Shown: one piece after another, positions 60,101 to 64,000 of the stretch
How the letters are laid out: the number at the start of each line of letters is the position of its first letter
Position numbering within the stretch: the first letter of the stretch is position 1
Assembly: GCA_017694295.1 (NCBI GenBank)
Contig: JADINA010000016.1
Span: 10,552-74,551 of the forward strand
DNA length: 64,000 nucleotides
Direction: 5' to 3'
Source of the DNA: Candidatus Alloenteromonas pullistercoris
Lineage (GTDB): Bacteria; Bacillota_I; Bacilli_A; RFN20; CAG-826
Program-made: the position numbers and the translations under genes
The notes under the pieces: generated by a model
The model's input: the letters and a program-made list of their open reading frames with translations, nothing else
Databases searched by the model: none
Told to the model about the DNA's origin: nothing

Positions 60101-60697
60101 TTAACGGGGATTGAAGGCAAATAAGGCGCCGCCTGGATTCATGCCGAGGGCAGCATCGACGGGGCGTGAGGAATCCAAGCTGATCCAAAGCTCATCGCCT
60201 TTGTATTCACCAAGAGGGACGTATTCCCTAGCCTCATTGAGAATGACATAAAGGTCAAAGGAGCACCAATTGAGGATGGACTCGATTCCCCCATCCTCGT
60301 TTCTCACAAAGCTATCTTCGCCTAGGTGGAAAAGGCTCGCGGTCGAATAACTGCATCCCACCAATTCGCCATCAAGGCTATAAACCAAAGGGAGGGTTTC
60401 CTGGGCGGTAAGATCCCCATAATAGGAAATAGTCAAATGGTCGCCGGGAACGAGGAAGGAACTACCGTGAGGTAGGTCAAATGAGAAGGTCCCCGAATCC
60501 CAGCAGGCTAGGGCGGAACTTGCCCCATCTTCCGAAGTCGCGTAACCATAAACGTAATCGCAGACGAAGGAACGCTCCTTCAACTCCCGGCTCGAAGAGG
60601 ATGAGGAGGAAGGATCATTGGAGGAATAAACGGAATCGACGAAAGCGCAGGAAGCCAAGGGCAAGAGGAGCAAACTGATCAAAGCAAACTTTTTCAT
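60101..60697 (-). CDS. Lipoprotein of unknown function
   Basis: MKKFALISLLLLPLASC lipobox and a Ser-run linker. No recognised domain. Confidence 0.6.
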   Translation of the reverse strand: MKKFALISLLLLPLASCAFVDSVYSSNDPSSSSSSSRELKERSFVCDYVYGYATSEDGASSALACWDSGTFSFDLPHGSSFLVPGDHLTISYYGDLTAQETLPLVYSLDGELVGCSYSTASLFHLGEDSFVRNEDGGIESILNWCSFDLYVILNEAREYVPLGEYKGDELWISLDSSRPVDAALGMNPGGALFAFNPR

Positions 60698-60873
60698 ACA
60701 TTCAATAGACGGCCAAACGTCCGCGCGGGTTTCACGAGTTTCATTTTACGCCCCACGCGGGCCTTTCAAAAGCCCCATTCATTCAGCTTTCGCGTTTGGT
60801 GATAATGCAGAACACCGATAAGGAACATTCACCAATGCGAAACAACCGCGGATATCGCCCAAATCGAAATAAG

Positions 60874-62523
60874 CTATTTATCGCCGGCAAACGCCTTATA
60901 GAAACGATACCCGCCGGCAAGATGGGCTGATTTGAAGCCGCGCTGATTCAATATCCGACAGCCGATGTAGCTGCGGACCGCCGAAAGGCATATAAGGCAT
61001 ATTTTCTTATCCTTGGGCAGCTCCCCAAGATGAAGGCGGAGCTCATCGATTGGGATGTTTATCGAGCCTTCGATATGCCCAAGCGCGTACTCCCCTTCGC
61101 TTCGCACATCGACAAGAAGGCAGTTCGGGTCTTTTTGCAATTTGAGGATATCCTCTGCGTAAAACTGCTCGACCAAGCCGTTTTTGATGTTCTCGACCAT
61201 ATAGCCAATCATGTTGATTGGGTCTTTGGCCGAGCCAAAAGGCGGGGCGTAGCTAAGCTCAAGTTCCTTAAGCTCGTAAGCCTTCATCTTATTGCGCATG
61301 GCAACGGAGAGCACGTCGATGCGCTTATCGACCCCTTCGCCCCCGACTATCTGGGCCCCAAGTATCGCGTAATCGCCCTTTCCGAAAAGGAGCTTAATGT
61401 AAAGCAGGCTGGCCCCCGGGTAATAGGAGGCGTGGTTGAAAGGCGACAAATACACCTTGTCGTAGGCGATGCCTTTTTGCTCCAATTGCCCCTCGGTAAA
61501 GCCGATTGCCCCAGCAGTCAGGCCAAAGACCTTGATGATCGAGGTCCCAAGGGGGCGAACCTCGCTTTTGCCGATGTTCCCCAAATAAGAGGCGAGCTCG
61601 CGCCCTTCCTTATTGGCGACCCCGGCGAGGGCAAGGTTCATCCGGGTCCCGTCGATAAAGGAATCGAGGGCGATCGCATCCCCAATGGCGAAGATGTCGG
61701 GATCGTCGGTTTGGAAGTTGCTTCCCGTTTTGATGCAGCCCCTGATCTCGGTGGAAAGCGAGCATGAGGCGGCAAGCTGGTTGGCCGGCCTCACCCCGAT
61801 GGCCTGAATAAGCAATTCAGCCTCAATGTCCCCTTTGTCGGTATGAATGATGACGTTTGATTGCTTTCTTTCGATAGACTCCACTTTAGTCGAAAGAAGG
61901 AGATTCACCTTATGGGAAAGCAATTCATTGTGGATGAAGCTCGCCATGTCTAAATCGAAATTGGCCAAGACATGGTCTTTGCCTTCGATAAGAGTAACCT
62001 CAAGCCCGGACTCGACGAGGTTCTCGGCCGCCTCGACGCCGATGAAGCCCCCGCCGATAACGGCGGCTTTCCTTGGCTTTTTCTCTTCGATGTAGCGGCG
62101 GAGCCTAAGCGAATCCTCAACCGCTTTCAGCTCAAAGACGTTTTCGGCGTTTTCGGTTAACTTGATGGCTTCGGCCCCCGGGGAAAGGATGAGCTTATCG
62201 TAACAGTCGGTTTTGACCGTCCCGTCAACGAGGCTTTTAACCTTCACCAAATGTTTTTCCCTATCGATGCCGATGACCTCGGAATTGACGTGGACGTCGA
62301 TGTTGAATCTGGCCTTGAGGCTTGCAGGCGTCTGCAAGGTCAGCGAGGATGGGTTGGCGATGGTCTTCGAAAGGTAATAGGGAAGGCCGCAGTTGGCATA
62401 GGAGACGAAATTGCTTTTCTCGTAGATGACGATATCGGCGTTTTCGTCAAGCCGCCTAAGCCGGCAGGCAAAAGAGGCTCCCCCGGCGACCCCGCCGACG
62501 ATGATGTACTTTTTTCTTTCCAT
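60874..62523 (-). CDS. CoA-disulfide reductase / NADH oxidase family flavoprotein with a C-terminal rhodanese domain (CoADR-RHD)
   Basis: FAD motif IIVGGVAGGAS. Redox Cys in SYANCGLPYY. NAD motif VIGGGFIGVE. Rhodanese region LVDVRSEGEYALGHIEGSINIP...CLSAVRS. Confidence 0.85.
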   Translation of the reverse strand: MERKKYIIVGGVAGGASFACRLRRLDENADIVIYEKSNFVSYANCGLPYYLSKTIANPSSLTLQTPASLKARFNIDVHVNSEVIGIDREKHLVKVKSLVDGTVKTDCYDKLILSPGAEAIKLTENAENVFELKAVEDSLRLRRYIEEKKPRKAAVIGGGFIGVEAAENLVESGLEVTLIEGKDHVLANFDLDMASFIHNELLSHKVNLLLSTKVESIERKQSNVIIHTDKGDIEAELLIQAIGVRPANQLAASCSLSTEIRGCIKTGSNFQTDDPDIFAIGDAIALDSFIDGTRMNLALAGVANKEGRELASYLGNIGKSEVRPLGTSIIKVFGLTAGAIGFTEGQLEQKGIAYDKVYLSPFNHASYYPGASLLYIKLLFGKGDYAILGAQIVGGEGVDKRIDVLSVAMRNKMKAYELKELELSYAPPFGSAKDPINMIGYMVENIKNGLVEQFYAEDILKLQKDPNCLLVDVRSEGEYALGHIEGSINIPIDELRLHLGELPKDKKICLICLSAVRSYIGCRILNQRGFKSAHLAGGYRFYKAFAGDK

Positions 62524-62597
62524 GGCAAAATTGTAAACGATTTGCCGTGACTTTTAGAATAAGGATGCTTAAATGGCGCAAAACCGGCCCGCTTTGT

Positions 62598-63998
62598 TTA
62601 TTTTCCGTTTATGCCGGCTTGCCGGAGGGCGACCATCGCGTTGACCGCCTGCTCAGCCGTTTTGTAGGCGGGTATCCCGGCTTGGCGGAGCAATTTGATG
62701 GCCTCGGCGCATTCCTTCCCGCCTTGGCAGATCATGATGAAGGGCTTGCCAAGTTCCTTGGTCGATTCGTAAACCTCCTTGGCGGCTTTGGCAACGCCGA
62801 GGACGTCGGTGACCGCGGTTGGGCAAATGGCCCCAAGGACGCCGTCGACGTTCGGGTCGCGAAGCGCCTGCTGGAAGGCCCCCTTATACTGGATCACGGA
62901 AGCGGTCCCGGAGATGTCGACCGGGTTAAGCGGCGAGCCGAACATCGGCATGTAGGCCCGTATCTTGGCCGCAAGCAAAGGCGAGATGTCCTTAAGCTCC
63001 TTAAGCGGCATCCCAAGCCTTTCAAAGTGGTCGCAGGAAAGCAACCCGGCCCCGCCCCCATTGGTGATCATGACGACGTTATCGCCCTTCAAAGGCTTTT
63101 GGTAGCCAAGGGCCAAAGCCACGTCGAGGAACTCCTGCCATGTATTGACCCGGATGGCCCCGGCCTCTTTTATGATTTTATCGTAGTATTCGTCGGACTC
63201 AGGGTTTTCGCTGGCGGTATGGGCAAAAGCCGCCTTCACCCCGATTTTGCTTCTGCCGACCTTGATGACGACGATCGGCTTATGGCATTTCCGGCACGAT
63301 TTGACGAAAGCCTCGGGGGAATCAAGGCCCTCGATGTAGATGGCCAGACAGTTGGTGTGGGGGTCGGTCTCGGCGTATTCGACGAATTCGGAGAAGTCGA
63401 CGTCGGCTTTATTGCCAAGCCCGACGAAGAAGCTCATACCCAGTTGCTCCTCCTGGCTCGTCCCAAGGGCCGCGAGGAGGTTGGCCCCGGACTGCGAGAT
63501 CATCGCGATTGGGCCCGGCACCGGGAGATAGGGGATGAAGCCGCAGTTGAAGTGCTCATAAGGGGAGCCCATGCCGACGAGGTTAGGCCCGATTAGGGCG
63601 AGTTCGTGCTCCCGGCAATACTCGGTGATGTCGTTTTGCAGCTGCCCGCGGCCGATTTCCTTGAAGGCGCTGGTGGCGATGACCAAGACCTTGGCCTTTA
63701 TGGCAACCGCGTCATGGACGATGGAGTTGACGAGGTGGGCGGGGACGGCGACGAAGACGAGGTCGACTTCCCCGTCGATGTCCTTCAGGGTGTGGTAGGC
63801 CTTAAGGCCAAGGACCTCGTCGGCCCTTGGGTTAACGGGGTAAATTTTCCCCTTATAGCCCCACTGCTGAAGCTCATAGACGACTTTGTTGCCGACTTTA
63901 GAAGGGTATCGGCTGGCCCCGACGACGGCGATTGAGCGCGGATTAAGCGCGTATTTGAGGTTTTTGACGACGTAGCCTCTGGCTTCGTTGATCTTCAT
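62598..63998 (-). CDS. ADP-forming acetyl-CoA synthetase alpha-type subunit (CoA-binding plus CoA-ligase domains)
   Basis: PRSIAVVGASRYPSKVGNKV (CoA_binding_2-like). The phosphohistidine-region context includes ...FAHTASENPES. 466 aa. The start is 2 nt from the window edge, so the upstream partner is not visible. Confidence 0.75.
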   Translation of the reverse strand: MKINEARGYVVKNLKYALNPRSIAVVGASRYPSKVGNKVVYELQQWGYKGKIYPVNPRADEVLGLKAYHTLKDIDGEVDLVFVAVPAHLVNSIVHDAVAIKAKVLVIATSAFKEIGRGQLQNDITEYCREHELALIGPNLVGMGSPYEHFNCGFIPYLPVPGPIAMISQSGANLLAALGTSQEEQLGMSFFVGLGNKADVDFSEFVEYAETDPHTNCLAIYIEGLDSPEAFVKSCRKCHKPIVVIKVGRSKIGVKAAFAHTASENPESDEYYDKIIKEAGAIRVNTWQEFLDVALALGYQKPLKGDNVVMITNGGGAGLLSCDHFERLGMPLKELKDISPLLAAKIRAYMPMFGSPLNPVDISGTASVIQYKGAFQQALRDPNVDGVLGAICPTAVTDVLGVAKAAKEVYESTKELGKPFIMICQGGKECAEAIKLLRQAGIPAYKTAEQAVNAMVALRQAGINGK

Positions 63999-64000
63999 AT

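Noticed and set aside
62547-63596. Very long ORFs antisense to well-supported genes: 62547..63596 (349 aa), 40695..41456 (253 aa), 7001..7738 (245 aa), 61030..61767 (245 aa), 49760..50455 (231 aa), 32129..32806 and 39724..40401 (225 aa each)
   Set aside because: Each lies entirely inside a gene with unambiguous family motifs on the other strand (ACS alpha, tsaD, SBP, CoADR, GT4, ligA, asnS). Their translations are low-complexity, rich in G/R/D/V/H/P, with no motifs, SDs or sensible starts. This is the expected mirror-frame artefact of codon-biased, moderately GC-rich coding DNA.

Overview
This 64-kb chromosomal window is about 95% coding and uses the standard genetic code. Several genes end in TGA directly next to well-formed downstream starts. 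The gene order is Bacilli/Mollicutes-like (pcrA-ligA-gatCAB; tsaE-tsaB/rimI-tsaD-asnS). The window is very rich in lipoproteins that have Ser-rich linkers after the lipobox Cys.

Layout:
- (i) 1-11.1 kb: one long minus-strand glycan-utilisation operon. It holds two GH43 lipoproteins, a sugar ABC importer, two paralogous Big_2 surface lipoproteins and the start of a GH36-like gene. A sigma70-type promoter drives it, overlapped by a perfect 16-bp palindrome and preceded by a consensus cre site.
- (ii) 11.1-22.5 kb: an accessory island that looks AT-richer. It has three mutually divergent AAA+ ATPases with C-terminal PD-(D/E)xK-like motifs (COG1373/DUF4143 type), a 1070-aa helicase IV-like SF1 helicase with Zn ribbons and an HRDC domain, a UDP-L-FucNAc (fnlABC/capEFG-like) operon, and repeat-bearing AT-rich intergenic regions. 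I saw no integrase or transposase.
- (iii) 22.5-27.6 kb: GH32 sucrose hydrolase with two unknown membrane proteins, an alpha/beta hydrolase and galE.
- (iv) 27.6-46.9 kb: housekeeping genes (gatCAB, ligA, pcrA, asnS, tsaEBD with a tsaB-rimI fusion, DUF402 phosphatase, ung). These are interspersed with unknown membrane proteins, a TPP riboswitch controlling an N-terminally extended ThiT, and a translationally coupled trio of small membrane or lipoproteins. One member of the trio is below the ORF-track cutoff.
- (v) 47-56.5 kb: a surface-glycan cluster (three GTs, Wzx, TupA-like ATP-grasp, Wzy-like protein, lipoprotein) plus an orphan MacB-type ABC ATPase.
- (vi) 56.6-64 kb: anaerobic redox and CoA genes (four-domain flavodiiron protein, membrane-anchored Ntn hydrolase, CoADR-rhodanese, ADP-forming acetyl-CoA synthetase alpha).

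I recognised no rRNA, tRNA, CRISPR array or transposon.

The best candidate for an undescribed system is the module at 11.2-17.4 kb, where AAA+/nuclease ATPases flank the SF1 helicase. This call is an inference from domain logic only.
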